Assembly (NCBI GenBank): GCA_963823505.1 | Contig: CAWGLY010000004.1 | Span: 68,807-132,806 of the forward strand | DNA length: 64,000 bases | Direction of reading: 5' to 3' | Source: an uncultured Acidimicrobiia bacterium | GTDB taxonomy: Bacteria; Actinomycetota; Acidimicrobiia; Spongiisociales; UBA5794 | Part shown: in pieces, positions 27,721 to 37,721 of the stretch | How the letters are laid out: every line of letters begins with the position of its first letter | Position numbering within the stretch: the first letter of the stretch is position 1 | Program-made: the position numbers and the translations under genes | Notes under the pieces: model-generated | What the model saw: the letters and a program-made list of their open reading frames with translations, nothing else | Database searches by the model: none | What the model was told of the DNA's origin: nothing

Positions 27721-30700
27721 GTGGAGATTCGCATCCTGGGCCCGATCGAGGCGACTGCCGGCGGCGAAGCATTGCCGCTCGGCGGGCTGCGGGAACGTGC
27801 CCTCTTGGCGGTCATGGCGCTGTCGCCCGGCCGGGTGCTCGGTTCGGACCGCCTGATCGACGAGCTGTGGGGCGAGGATCTCCCCGCCAATCCGGCCAAT
27901 GCCCTGCAGGCTCTGGTGTCGCGGCTGCGGCGGTCGGTTGGCGCCGAGGTCATCGTCACGCGCCCTCCGGGATACGTGCTCGACGTCCCGCCCGATGCGG
28001 TCGACGCCGTGCGTTTCCGGACCATGGTCGCGGCAGCACGACACGAGCCCGACCCGGCCGAGCGCGGGCGGCGATACCGGCAGGCGCTGGCGCTGTGGCG
28101 GGGACCGGCCCTGGCCGAGTTCACCGGCGAGGAGTCTCTCGTCCGTGAGCGCGCCCTCCTCGAGGAGCTGCGGTTGCAGGCCGTCGAAAGCCGAATCGCC
28201 GCGGATCTGGAGGTTGGAGACGCATCTGAGGTCGTTCCGGAGTTGGAACGGCTCATCGCCGATCACCCGTTGCGCGAGGGTCTGCGAGCCAGCCACATGC
28301 TGGCCTTGTACCGGCAGGGGAGACAGGCAGACGCGCTGCGCGCGTACACCGAGGCGAGCCGCCTCCTCGGCGAGGAGCTCGGCATCGAACCGGGCCCGGA
28401 GCTGCGGGCGATGGAGGAGGCGATCCTCATGCAAGAGCCCCGCCTGGGGGCGATGCCCGTCACGAGTCCACGGCGAGTGGCGGCACCGGCCCTTCCCGCC
28501 CGTATCGCCAGTTTTGTCGGACGGACCGAGGAGATGGCAGAGGTACGGGCTGCCTTCGGTGGGAGCCGTCTCGTCACGCTGACCGGAGCGGGCGGGGCCG
28601 GCAAGACCAGCCTCGCGATCGAGGCGGCTCGCGCGCTCGAGCAGGAGTATCCAGATGGGGTGTGGCTGATCGAGCTGGCACCGGTGATGGAGGCGACCAG
28701 CGTTCCCGACGCCTTGGTGGCGGCGCTCCACCTCGAGCTCGGTGGCGAGATCCGGGGGCGGCACGACCTCGATCCACTCGTCGCCGTGGTCGAGTTTCTC
28801 CGGCATCGCTCCGCGTTGCTCATCCTCGACAACTGTGAACACGTGGTGCACGCTGCGGCGGCGGCCGCTGAGCAGGTGCTGCTGGCGTGTCCGGCGGTCG
28901 ACGTGCTCGCCACGAGCCGGGATCGCCTTGGCATCCCTGGCGAGGTCTTGTGGCGGGTGCCGCCGCTCGGCGTAGGCGACGACCGGTCGGATGCGGTGAC
29001 GCTGTTCGTGGAACGGGCCCGGGCAGTCAATCCCTCGTTTGCACCCGATGCCGACGATGTGGCCGCCGTCGCCGATATCTGCCGGAGGGTCGACGGCATG
29101 CCGCTGGCGATCGAGCTGGCCGCCGCCCGCACCAGGACGCTGGCGGTCCACGAGATCGCCAGGCGGCTCCACGACGGCATCGGCGTCCTCAGCGGCGGCC
29201 CTCGCCACGGGTCGAAGCGGCAACAAACGCTGGCCGCAACGATCGACTGGAGCTATCGCCTGCTGCGTTCCGAGGATCGTGAGCTGTTCGCCCGGCTGGC
29301 GGCGTTCCGCAACAGCTTCTCCCTCGAGGCGGCGGAGAACGTGGCGCCTACGGGCTGGACGGCAGCGGCGGTTCTCGAGTCGATGGAGCGCCTCATCGAC
29401 GCCTCGATGGTGGCGCCTGTAGCGGCGGTGGCCTCGATGCGATACCGACTGTTGGACACGCTCGCCGCCTACGCAAGCGAACGGCTTGCCGAGACCGACG
29501 AGACCGACGAGGTCATCGCACGATTGCTCGACCACTACCTGGGCATGGTGGCGGATGCCGAAGACGGTCTGCGCGGTCCTGAGCAGCTCGAATGGATCGA
29601 ACGGATCGAAGCCGATCTCCCCACGGTGCGCAGCGTGCTCGATTGGGCTGCATCGCATGAGCCCACCGAGGGGTTGCGGCTGGCAGGGATGCTCGGTTGG
29701 TTCTGGTACCTGAGGGGCAGCGGCCAGGAAGCGCGGCAGCACTTCGAGACCTTGCTCGACGCAGTGGGCGAGGCAGTCGACGCTCGGACCCGGGCGCAGG
29801 CGCTCTTCTTCCGTGCGCTCCACGACCCGCACATCGAGGCAGCCCGGGAGGATTTTGAGGCTGCTCGCGACGCCTATCTCGAGGCCGGCGACACTGCTGG
29901 GGTGGCGCACTCGCTTGCGATGATGGCCGCATGGGGCTTCGATCGTGTGGAGACCGGGGCACTCATCGAAGAAGCTGCGGCGTTGTGCGCCGAGTCCGGC
30001 TACGCGTGGGGGGCGGCGCTGATCAGCTTCCTCTCGGCGGGCGTTGCCGCGGTCGCCAACGATGTCGACGCATCGGCCCGGTTCGCCGAGGATGCCGCAA
30101 CGCGGTTCGCTGCGCTCGGCGACCGCTGGGGACAGGGGTACAGCCTCTACTCGCTCGGCGTGGCCAGGCGTGCCATGGGTGACTATCCCGGAGCGTCTGC
30201 GGCGCTACTCGCCGCGCTGGATCATGCGCGCCCGATGCGGCTGCGCAGGGAGATGGCGCCGGTGCTGAGTGAGCTGGCCAGCATCGCCATGATGCAAGGC
30301 GAGTTCGCAGAGGCAGCGAGTCTCCTCGCCAGGGCACGGGAGTATGCGGATGAGGTTCCGTTCGCCGGGTCGCAGGGCATGGTGCGCAACGCCCAGGGTC
30401 GCCTTGCGCGCCTCCAGGGGGATCACGAGTCGGCGCGGCGGCTGCACCGTGAGGCGGTGGCGTTGTACGAGGAGAGCCGCAATCCGGGTGGGCTGGCCTA
30501 CTCGCTGTCGTGTCTGGGGTTCGCCGAGGAGTGGGGAGGTGACTTTGCGGCCGCGACGCGCCATCACCTCGATGCGCTGCACCACGCCGAGGCGTCCGGC
30601 GACGTGTTCGCCGTAGCGCTGGCGTTGGAGGGCGTGGGGGCAGCGGCGATCGTTGCGGGGGACGCCGGGCGCGGGGTGACGCTGGTGCATGCCGGGTTGG

Positions 30701-30882
30701 CGCTCCGCGAGGCCGCCGGTGTGCCGCTGCCGCCGGGCGAGTGGGTGGAGGTCGAGCGGGCGTTCGACGCCGCGCAGCACGTCCTCACTGCCGACGAGAT
30801 GGAGGCGGCTCGACAGTCAGCTCGCCGCCTGGACCTCGATCAGGCGACGGCGCTGGCTCGGCAGCAGCACCAAGCGCCGTGA
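27721..30882 (+). CDS. large SARP/AfsR-family regulator: winged helix plus BTAD, NB-ARC ATPase, TPR repeats
   Basis: Winged-helix region VEIRILGPIEATAGG, a BTAD domain, Walker A GAGGAGKTSLA, and a long TPR-like C-terminus. GTG start. Confidence 0.8.
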   Translation: MEIRILGPIEATAGGEALPLGGLRERALLAVMALSPGRVLGSDRLIDELWGEDLPANPANALQALVSRLRRSVGAEVIVTRPPGYVLDVPPDAVDAVRFRTMVAAARHEPDPAERGRRYRQALALWRGPALAEFTGEESLVRERALLEELRLQAVESRIAADLEVGDASEVVPELERLIADHPLREGLRASHMLALYRQGRQADALRAYTEASRLLGEELGIEPGPELRAMEEAILMQEPRLGAMPVTSPRRVAAPALPARIASFVGRTEEMAEVRAAFGGSRLVTLTGAGGAGKTSLAIEAARALEQEYPDGVWLIELAPVMEATSVPDALVAALHLELGGEIRGRHDLDPLVAVVEFLRHRSALLILDNCEHVVHAAAAAAEQVLLACPAVDVLATSRDRLGIPGEVLWRVPPLGVGDDRSDAVTLFVERARAVNPSFAPDADDVAAVADICRRVDGMPLAIELAAARTRTLAVHEIARRLHDGIGVLSGGPRHGSKRQQTLAATIDWSYRLLRSEDRELFARLAAFRNSFSLEAAENVAPTGWTAAAVLESMERLIDASMVAPVAAVASMRYRLLDTLAAYASERLAETDETDEVIARLLDHYLGMVADAEDGLRGPEQLEWIERIEADLPTVRSVLDWAASHEPTEGLRLAGMLGWFWYLRGSGQEARQHFETLLDAVGEAVDARTRAQALFFRALHDPHIEAAREDFEAARDAYLEAGDTAGVAHSLAMMAAWGFDRVETGALIEEAAALCAESGYAWGAALISFLSAGVAAVANDVDASARFAEDAATRFAALGDRWGQGYSLYSLGVARRAMGDYPGASAALLAALDHARPMRLRREMAPVLSELASIAMMQGEFAEAASLLARAREYADEVPFAGSQGMVRNAQGRLARLQGDHESARRLHREAVALYEESRNPGGLAYSLSCLGFAEEWGGDFAAATRHHLDALHHAEASGDVFAVALALEGVGAAAIVAGDAGRGVTLVHAGLALREAAGVPLPPGEWVEVERAFDAAQHVLTADEMEAARQSARRLDLDQATALARQQHQAP

Positions 30883-30890
30883 AGGGCCGG

Positions 30891-31292
30891 CTACGTTTCC
30901 GCAAGCCGTAGCGGGACGATGCGGGCCATGGCCCCGAAGTCGCGGTCGGCGGTCAGCAATTCGGACCCACTGCGGATGGCCACGTTGGCGATCATGCAGT
31001 CGATCAAGCCACGTGGGCTGATGCCTGCGGCCCGGCAGCTTCGATAGATCTTGGCGGCACCCTCGAAGTCGGCGACGGCGTCGAAGGGCACCCACCGGAA
31101 GGAGGTGAGGAGGCGGCGGAGCTGGTGCGTGCGATGGCCGTCGGCGGCGCCGGCGAGGACTTCCATCAGTACCGGCTCGGTGACCGCAAGGTCGTCACCA
31201 CCCTGCCGGATCAGATCGGTGAGGGACAGGTCGACACTCGAGCCGGTGGCGCGGTCGTATTCGACCCATGCCGACGTGTCGGCGAGGATCAC
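30891..31292 (-). CDS. vapC: PIN-domain toxin VapC
   Basis: PIN acidic residues are present (ILADTS...D...TADRDF). GTG start overlaps the vapB stop. Confidence 0.75.
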   Translation of the reverse strand: MILADTSAWVEYDRATGSSVDLSLTDLIRQGGDDLAVTEPVLMEVLAGAADGHRTHQLRRLLTSFRWVPFDAVADFEGAAKIYRSCRAAGISPRGLIDCMIANVAIRSGSELLTADRDFGAMARIVPLRLAET

Positions 31293-31483
31293 GGGCCCGT
31301 GTCGGCGGGCGGGTCGCCGATCGCGTGTGCGCCGCGCATCTCGAGCGCCTCTTTGATGGTCATCGGCTGACCGGCGAGTCGACGGAGGGCGAGATCGACG
31401 GCCTCCTTCTTGGTGTGCACGCCGAGGCGTTGCATGACGCGGGCGAGCAGCTCATCGTCGATATCGATGTTGGTTCTCGCCAT
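31289..31483 (-). CDS. vapB: VapB antitoxin (RHH/SpoVT-AbrB-like)
   Basis: MARTNIDIDDELLARVMQRLGV is the VapB signature. A 4-nt overlap with vapC. Confidence 0.7.
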   Translation of the reverse strand: MARTNIDIDDELLARVMQRLGVHTKKEAVDLALRRLAGQPMTIKEALEMRGAHAIGDPPADTGP

Positions 31484-31577
31484 TCTCCGAGCATACACCA
31501 TGTCTACACCTCGTACCTTCAACTGGTGTATCGGCCGGCGTGCAGTACCCGCCGGTGCAGCGCGCGAGGCTTGCGGG

Positions 31578-32114
31578 TCAGTCCAGTAGTCCAGCAGGGT
31601 CGAGCGTGACCTCGACCGGACCCGCATCGAGTGTTGCCTCCGAGCCTGGACCGTGTCGGGCCTGTTCGACGAGCACCCCGTCGACCAGTCGGTACACGAT
31701 GACGATGGGTCCCTCCGGATCGATGATCCAGTAACGCTCCAGGCCGGCGGCGGCGTACTTGGCCGCCTTGCGGATGATGTCGGCGGCCGGGTCCGTGGAG
31801 AGGATCTCGACGGCGACGTGAGGCGTGCTTGTGAGGCGGCTTGTCTCGCCGGCGTCGTCGAACACCATCAGGTCCGGTACAAACTCGTCGCTCCCCGGCT
31901 TCCACGCCCAGCCTTCTACGACCATTGTCGGCGGCCGCAGCGCCGCTTTCAACGCAATCGCAAGGTTGAGCGAGATCGTCTGGTGGGGCAACGTCGGCGA
32001 AGGGCTCATCACGAGCGCCCCGTCGATGTATTCGCCGCGGACGCCGGGACCCAAGGCCGCGTACTCGTCCCAGGACATCGCTGTCCGGTCACCGGGCCGC
32101 GTCGTGGTTGCCAT
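31578..32114 (-). CDS. Uma2-family (DUF820) putative restriction-endonuclease-like protein, paralog 1
   Basis: PD-(D/E)xK-like motifs conserved with the four paralogs downstream ([32 protein letters not shown]). A conserved leader lies upstream. Confidence 0.7.
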   Translation of the reverse strand: MATTTRPGDRTAMSWDEYAALGPGVRGEYIDGALVMSPSPTLPHQTISLNLAIALKAALRPPTMVVEGWAWKPGSDEFVPDLMVFDDAGETSRLTSTPHVAVEILSTDPAADIIRKAAKYAAAGLERYWIIDPEGPIVIVYRLVDGVLVEQARHGPGSEATLDAGPVEVTLDPAGLLD

Positions 32115-32256
32115 GTCATGCACCGTACACCTCCGGTGTCCTCCAAACGTCCGATCCTGTTGTTCCCATCCTGTCCGCCCGGTGTGACAGATCCACAGGG
32201 GTCGGGCTGCAGGTTGCGGGGTCACAGTGCGGTCATTGCGGCGCCGAGGTCGCGGC

Positions 32257-34005
32257 TCACGTGGAAGTCAGCGACTCCAGGAACTCATCCTGCAGCTCCC
32301 GGAAGACCCGGTTTCCTTCTCGCAGCTCCTGGCTGAGGGTGCGGAAGGTCTCGTCGAGGCGTGCGGCGTCGCTATCTTCCTCGATGGGAGACTGCCCGGA
32401 TTCGATCAAATCGATGAGCTGCTCCACAACGGCTGTTTGGTCCTCTTGGATCGTCCGGAGCGTTCCGTCGAGTTGCCACATCTCCCGATAGGCGTCGGGT
32501 GCGTCAGGTTTCTCCATGGCCTCATACTGCGCCGCCGTGACTTCGAGCTCATTGCGTGCTTCCGCCGCTGCCGTTCGAGCAGCGGCGACATCGTCCTCGA
32601 ACGGCTCTCCGGCGAGCTGGGCGTTCACCGCATCGATGTACGCCGAGAATGCGTCGTTGATGGGGGCGCTCACCTGGTTGATCAGGTCGGTGAGGATATT
32701 CGTGTCGTCCCTGAAAGCATCGATGTTGATGTCGTCGAGGATCTGATCGAGCTCGTCGCCGGTGTCCGCGAAGAGGCTTTCACCATTGACACTCTGGGCG
32801 AGGGTTCGCAGTTCATCCTGCGTTTCGTCGTCCACTCGGAAGCCAATCACCTGGAAGTCGAGTTGCACTCCGATGCCCTCAGCTTCTTTCTGCAATGCGG
32901 CGAGATCCCCTCCACAGCCATCGGACGATGACGTGATGACTACGACCTTCGTTGCGACGTGTTCTCGATCGACGTTCGACGGGTAGATCGTCGGATCTGC
33001 AAATACGTCCACAGATGCCCGGACGGCAGAAACCAGATCGGCGTCACCGGACGGCTCGATCCCCGCCACGGCCTCGGAGACGCGTTCGCCGTTGCCCACG
33101 CCCAATGGGACGAGCCGGGCGGGATCGTCGGCGCACTCGTTGCCGAACGCAGAGAGCCCGAGCGCGGTGTGGGTCGCTCCGTCGGTGAACGAGGCAACTG
33201 CGTCGTTGAGCTCGACCAGTCGAGGTGTGCCGTTGTACTCCGCCGCCATCGCCGACGAGCTGTCTACGACGAGCTCGATGTTGCGCGTCGAGGTCTTCGT
33301 GCCGCCGAGCAACGCCGCACCCAGCAGCACTGCAAGCGCAACGGCCACGACCCCACCACCGGCCACCGCCCGGCGGCTGCGCTCTTGCAGCCATGAATCA
33401 CCCCGCACGTCGAGGCTGCTCGGGTCGGTGCCGGGCTTCGCAACCAGGCAAGGGGTGGCACCGTCGGGCAAGTCGAGCATGTCGACCTCGTTGGTGCCCA
33501 GTTTGAACGCGGATTCGACGTCTTTCCCGTTTGAGATGCCACGGTAGAACCCTGCCGCAAACCGCCGGGCACCATCGTCGGTGATGGCTCGTCGGGTGCC
33601 GATCACCGCGGCAACGTGCGCAGCGATGGCCTCCGCCTGCTGTTCGGTGTAGCACGCGTTGAGCACGACACACTGCAAGCGATCTCCAACGATGGCCAGG
33701 AGATCTGCCAGCGCTTCGCCATCCACCGGCTGGCTGTTTCCAGACTCGTCCTGCAACACGATGCCGGCGGACTGGCCATGTCCGGAGAAGTGGACGATGT
33801 GCGGCTTGAGCCGCAGCAGGACCTCGCCGAGGTCGTCTCTGCGCGTCGCCCAGTGCGAGACGAAGGAGATCTTCGAGCCGTGCTTGCCTTCGCGAAGCCG
33901 CTGCTCGATGAGCCGTGCTTCCTCGCCAAGCCGCAGCGGCTCCGTGTCAACCGGATTCGCCGCCAAATAGAGGATTCGCACGCTCATTGGGCAGCCAACC
34001 TGCAC
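32257..34005 (-). CDS. membrane protein: N-terminal caspase-like CHAT-type domain (His/Cys dyad), one TM helix, vWA (MIDAS) domain, coiled-coil tail
   Basis: HFSGHG and LNACYT are dyad-like motifs in a CHAT/EAD-type module. TM helix VVAVALAVLLGAALLGG. The vWA domain has DSSSAM (DxSxS). The C-terminus is coiled-coil rich. Confidence 0.6.
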   Translation of the reverse strand: MQVGCPMSVRILYLAANPVDTEPLRLGEEARLIEQRLREGKHGSKISFVSHWATRRDDLGEVLLRLKPHIVHFSGHGQSAGIVLQDESGNSQPVDGEALADLLAIVGDRLQCVVLNACYTEQQAEAIAAHVAAVIGTRRAITDDGARRFAAGFYRGISNGKDVESAFKLGTNEVDMLDLPDGATPCLVAKPGTDPSSLDVRGDSWLQERSRRAVAGGGVVAVALAVLLGAALLGGTKTSTRNIELVVDSSSAMAAEYNGTPRLVELNDAVASFTDGATHTALGLSAFGNECADDPARLVPLGVGNGERVSEAVAGIEPSGDADLVSAVRASVDVFADPTIYPSNVDREHVATKVVVITSSSDGCGGDLAALQKEAEGIGVQLDFQVIGFRVDDETQDELRTLAQSVNGESLFADTGDELDQILDDINIDAFRDDTNILTDLINQVSAPINDAFSAYIDAVNAQLAGEPFEDDVAAARTAAAEARNELEVTAAQYEAMEKPDAPDAYREMWQLDGTLRTIQEDQTAVVEQLIDLIESGQSPIEEDSDAARLDETFRTLSQELREGNRVFRELQDEFLESLTST

Positions 34006-34188
34006 CGCGTTTCACGCACGATCCGCACGCGACGCGAATCGCCGGCTGCCCACCTCACTCTGGGCGTGAACATGCTCCCTCCGCCTCCTGTTGTCTGCTC
34101 GGTCACTGCACGAGACGTACACCATCGGCGCCGAGATACATCGAATCTCGATGCACCCGGAGCGCAATCCCGCCGGTAGGCTCTCGAC

Positions 34189-35277
34189 GTGCCCCATCAC
34201 ATCAAGACCCTCGAGGTCCGCCGCGACGACTTGCGCATGACACGGGTCGTCAGCGACCCGCTGCCGGAGGTCGGCGCAGGCGAGGTGTTGCTGGCGGTGG
34301 ACCGGTTCGGCCTCACGACGAACAACATCACGTACGGTGTTGCAGGCGACATGATCGGCTACTGGGGCTTCTTTCCGTCGACCGACGGTTGGGGTCGCAT
34401 CCCCGTGTGGGGGTTCGCCGACGTTGTGGCGAGCGACATCGAGGACTTGCCCGAGGGCACCCGCGTCTTCGGCTACCTCCCGATGTCGACGCACCTCGTC
34501 GTGGCGCCATCCAGGGTCTCGCCCCACGGGTTCACCGACGGCGCCGCCCACCGGAGCCAACTACCCGCTCTCTACAACCGGTATCAGCGCACCGATGCCG
34601 ACCCGATGTACCTGCCCGAAACCGAGGACCTGCAGGCGATTCTGTTTCCGCTGTTCGCCACGTCGTTCGTGATCGACGACTTCCTGGCCGACAACGACGA
34701 CTTCGGTGCCGACCGTATCGTGCTGACGAGCGCATCCAGCAAGACCGCTGCCGGGACCGCGCTGTGCATCTCGCAGCGGGAGGGGCATCGGCCGCAGGTG
34801 GTGGGGCTGACGTCGGCGCGGCATGTCGACCTCGTGGCAGGACTGGGCTGGTACGACCAGGTCGTTGGGTACGACGACATTGCGACGCTTGATCCGTCGC
34901 TGCTGAGCGTGCTGGTGGACATCGCCGGCAACGCCGAGGTGCGGTTGGCGGTTCACCAGCTCAGCGGCGACCGGCTGACGGCGAGCCACACCGTCGGCAT
35001 GACGCATTGGGAGGCGCGGCCGACATCGGCACCGCTGCCGGGCCCGACGCCGGCGATGTTCTTCGCCCCCACCCAGGTCGACAAGCGGATCGCCGAGTGG
35101 GGCGTGGCCGGCTACCAGGAGAGGTTCGGTGCCGCGTGGTCGCGGGCTGTCGCCGTGGCTCCGCAGTGGCTCGACATCGTCGACGTCGCCGGCTTCGATG
35201 CGCTGCAAGCCACCTACCGTCGCCTCCTCGAGGGCGCAGCGAGCCCGGCCGAGGGATTCATCGTGCACGTCGGGTGA
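34189..35277 (+). CDS. hypothetical protein (DUF2855-like, possible MDR/Rossmann-like fold)
   Basis: This is a clean 362-aa frame. Its composition resembles actinobacterial DUF2855 proteins. The assignment is tentative. Confidence 0.4.
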   Translation: MPHHIKTLEVRRDDLRMTRVVSDPLPEVGAGEVLLAVDRFGLTTNNITYGVAGDMIGYWGFFPSTDGWGRIPVWGFADVVASDIEDLPEGTRVFGYLPMSTHLVVAPSRVSPHGFTDGAAHRSQLPALYNRYQRTDADPMYLPETEDLQAILFPLFATSFVIDDFLADNDDFGADRIVLTSASSKTAAGTALCISQREGHRPQVVGLTSARHVDLVAGLGWYDQVVGYDDIATLDPSLLSVLVDIAGNAEVRLAVHQLSGDRLTASHTVGMTHWEARPTSAPLPGPTPAMFFAPTQVDKRIAEWGVAGYQERFGAAWSRAVAVAPQWLDIVDVAGFDALQATYRRLLEGAASPAEGFIVHVG

Positions 35278-35313
35278 GCTTGACGGGAGTCACGACGTCC
35301 TCGGACGGCGCAC

Positions 35314-35850
35314 TCAGTCCAGCAACTGGGCGGGGTCGAGCGTGACCTGCACCGGCCCGGCATCGAGTGTTGCCTCCGAGCCTGGACCGTGTCGCGCTTG
35401 TTCAACGAGCACGTCCTCCACGAGGTGGTAGACGATGACCTGGGGGCCATCGGGATCGATGATCCAGTAACGCTCCAGGCCTGCGGCGGCGTACTTGGCG
35501 GCTTTGCGGATGATGTCGGCGGCCAGATCGGACGAGAGGATCTCGACGGCGAGATGAGGCGTCTCCGTGAAGTGGGCCGTTTCGCCGGCATGGTCGAAGA
35601 CCAGGAGGTCCGGGACGAACTCGTCGCTTCCTGGTTTCCACGCCCAGCCCTCTACGACCATGGCGGGAGCGCGCAGCACCGTGTCGAGAGCAACCGCCAG
35701 CCTGAACGAGATTCTCTGGTGGGGGAGCGTTGGCGAGGGACGCATCACCAGGGCTCCGTCGATGTACTCGCCGCGGACCTCCGGGCCCAGCGCCATGTAG
35801 TCATCCCACGGCATGGGGACCCGGTCACCCGGTCGCATCGTCGTTGCCAT
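35314..35850 (-). CDS. Uma2-family (DUF820) protein, paralog 2
   Basis: About 75% identical to paralog 1 and shares the identical leader (gccatgtcatgcaccgtacacctcc). Confidence 0.7.
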   Translation of the reverse strand: MATTMRPGDRVPMPWDDYMALGPEVRGEYIDGALVMRPSPTLPHQRISFRLAVALDTVLRAPAMVVEGWAWKPGSDEFVPDLLVFDHAGETAHFTETPHLAVEILSSDLAADIIRKAAKYAAAGLERYWIIDPDGPQVIVYHLVEDVLVEQARHGPGSEATLDAGPVQVTLDPAQLLD

Positions 35851-36031
35851 GTCATGCACCGTACACCTCCGATGTCCTCCGCAGGTCGGCATCGTCCCCC
35901 GCATCGTGGTCGACGGGTGTGACGTGATCCGGCCACTGGAGCGTACTTCCAGCACGCCGCGGATCAGATGGGTAGGATCGAAATCAGGCGGCGGCGGTTC
36001 CGTCGTCTGGGCGCGACAGGGGAGGACACAG

Positions 36032-37654
36032 ATGCGTATGCGAATCGTTCTCGTTTCGGCGATGCTTCTCCTGGCGGCAGCGACACCGGTGCAGGCGAAG
36101 CCGCTACCGGAGCCGTTCGATGTCAGCCAGGCACAAGAGGTCGGCAGGGGCGCAGAGACCAACTCGCTCAACGGGATCTACGTGTCGCCCTACGACGGCA
36201 ACGTGTATGTCGCCAGCGTCGGCGGGGACGAGATCACCGTGCATGACCCCGAGACCGGAGATCTGCTCGACCGCATCGGTCCCGAGCGCGGGGTGCACGG
36301 TCCCGACGACGTCTTCGTCGCCGACGACGGAACGATCTACTGGACCGAGATCCTCCTGGGTTACGTCGGGATGCTCCGGCCGGGCGAGGAGCCCGTCTAT
36401 CGGTTCGTGGGACCGGGCGTGAACCCGATCACGATGTCCGACGACGGCCGTCTCTTCGTGGGACGCCTCTTCTTCGGCACGGGTCTGTACGAACTCGATG
36501 CCGACCTGGCAAACGATCCCGTGCTGCTGAACGAGGATCTCCAGGTCAACTCGTTCGACTTCGGGCCCGACGGCCACCTGTATGCCCCGTCGTTCTTCAC
36601 GGGCGAGGTCTTGAGGATCGACGTCGACTCTGCGGTCCCGGTGACGGCCGATGTCGTGGCGAGCGTCGGCGGGGTTTCGTCTGCCGTGAAGTTCAACTCG
36701 CTGGGCGAGGCCTACGCCGTGAACATCGGCGAGGGTCTCGTCTTGAAGCTCGACCTCTCGGGGGCGAACAACCACGAGGTCGTGCTGGACATCGAAGGCA
36801 CCATCGACAACATCGCATTCGCCACCGACGATCGCCTCTTCGTTGCGGCCGGCGTCGACAACCAGATCATCCGCGTCGACACCCGGGGTCGCGCCAAGGC
36901 CCTCACCCCGGCCGGTCTCGGACTTCCGGGCGGCGTCGCGGTGTCGCCGGACGGCACGGTGTGGGTCACCGAGCTCTTTGCGATGCGCGGCTTTGCGGGC
37001 AACAAGCGGTGGACGTCCTCGTTCTACGACCGGTTCGACCCGCCGGGTACGGGCTACGCCGGTTCGACGACCGTGTCGGCCGACGGCGACAACCTGATCA
37101 TCACGAGCGGCTTCGCCAACACCGTGCAGGTGATGGACCCTGCGACGGGCGCGATCTCGTTCGATGAGCGGAGGCTGGCCGTGGTGACCAATGCGGTCCG
37201 CCATGGCGAGGCGATCGCAGCGGCGCAGCTGGGCCTCGGCAACGTCGCCAACGCCGCCGATCCGGCTGAGGTGTTCATCGACGGTCTCGTCGTACCGTTG
37301 GGGTTGGCCTCCGATGGCGAGACGCTCTATGTGAGCGACTGGGCGACAGGCATCGTGTGGGCCGTGGGCGACACCGGACCGAGCGTGCTGGCGTCGGGGC
37401 TGCTGCTGCCGGAGGGTATCGCCGTGGACGGCGATCGCCTCCTCGTCGTCGAACCTCTCCTCGGGCAGGTGACGGCGATCGATCTGGCCACCGGAGCGAC
37501 GTTCCCCGTCATCGTCGGTCTCGACTACTCGGACCGGGTTCCGGAAGGGTTCTTCCCGTTCGGCAACATGGCCGGGGTAGCCGTCGGTGATCGGTCGATC
37601 TACGTATCGGACGACGGCGTCAACAAGGTCTACGAGTTCCCCAGGAACCCCTGA
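36032..37654 (+). CDS. secreted beta-propeller repeat protein (NHL/SMP-30/YncE-like)
   Basis: Signal peptide MRMRIVLVSAMLLLAAATPVQA behind a GGAGGA RBS. Repeated GxxxxSPDG/VSDDG blades occur. The antisense ORF 36104..38002 is rejected. Confidence 0.6.
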   Translation: MRMRIVLVSAMLLLAAATPVQAKPLPEPFDVSQAQEVGRGAETNSLNGIYVSPYDGNVYVASVGGDEITVHDPETGDLLDRIGPERGVHGPDDVFVADDGTIYWTEILLGYVGMLRPGEEPVYRFVGPGVNPITMSDDGRLFVGRLFFGTGLYELDADLANDPVLLNEDLQVNSFDFGPDGHLYAPSFFTGEVLRIDVDSAVPVTADVVASVGGVSSAVKFNSLGEAYAVNIGEGLVLKLDLSGANNHEVVLDIEGTIDNIAFATDDRLFVAAGVDNQIIRVDTRGRAKALTPAGLGLPGGVAVSPDGTVWVTELFAMRGFAGNKRWTSSFYDRFDPPGTGYAGSTTVSADGDNLIITSGFANTVQVMDPATGAISFDERRLAVVTNAVRHGEAIAAAQLGLGNVANAADPAEVFIDGLVVPLGLASDGETLYVSDWATGIVWAVGDTGPSVLASGLLLPEGIAVDGDRLLVVEPLLGQVTAIDLATGATFPVIVGLDYSDRVPEGFFPFGNMAGVAVGDRSIYVSDDGVNKVYEFPRNP

Positions 37655-37721
37655 CCGAGGCTCGAACAGGCAGCTGCGGGTCCGGGAGGGCCCGCCGCTT
37701 GCCATGTCACGGCACGCGCGG

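Noticed and set aside
31578-32225. Longer Uma2 ORFs with conserved N-terminal extension [14 protein letters not shown]
   Set aside because: The extension is the translation of the conserved leader and RBS region (ggaggtgtacggtgcatgac ATG). It is identical at nucleotide level across paralogs, so more likely a regulatory or 5'-UTR sequence than coding. Starts were set at MATT.
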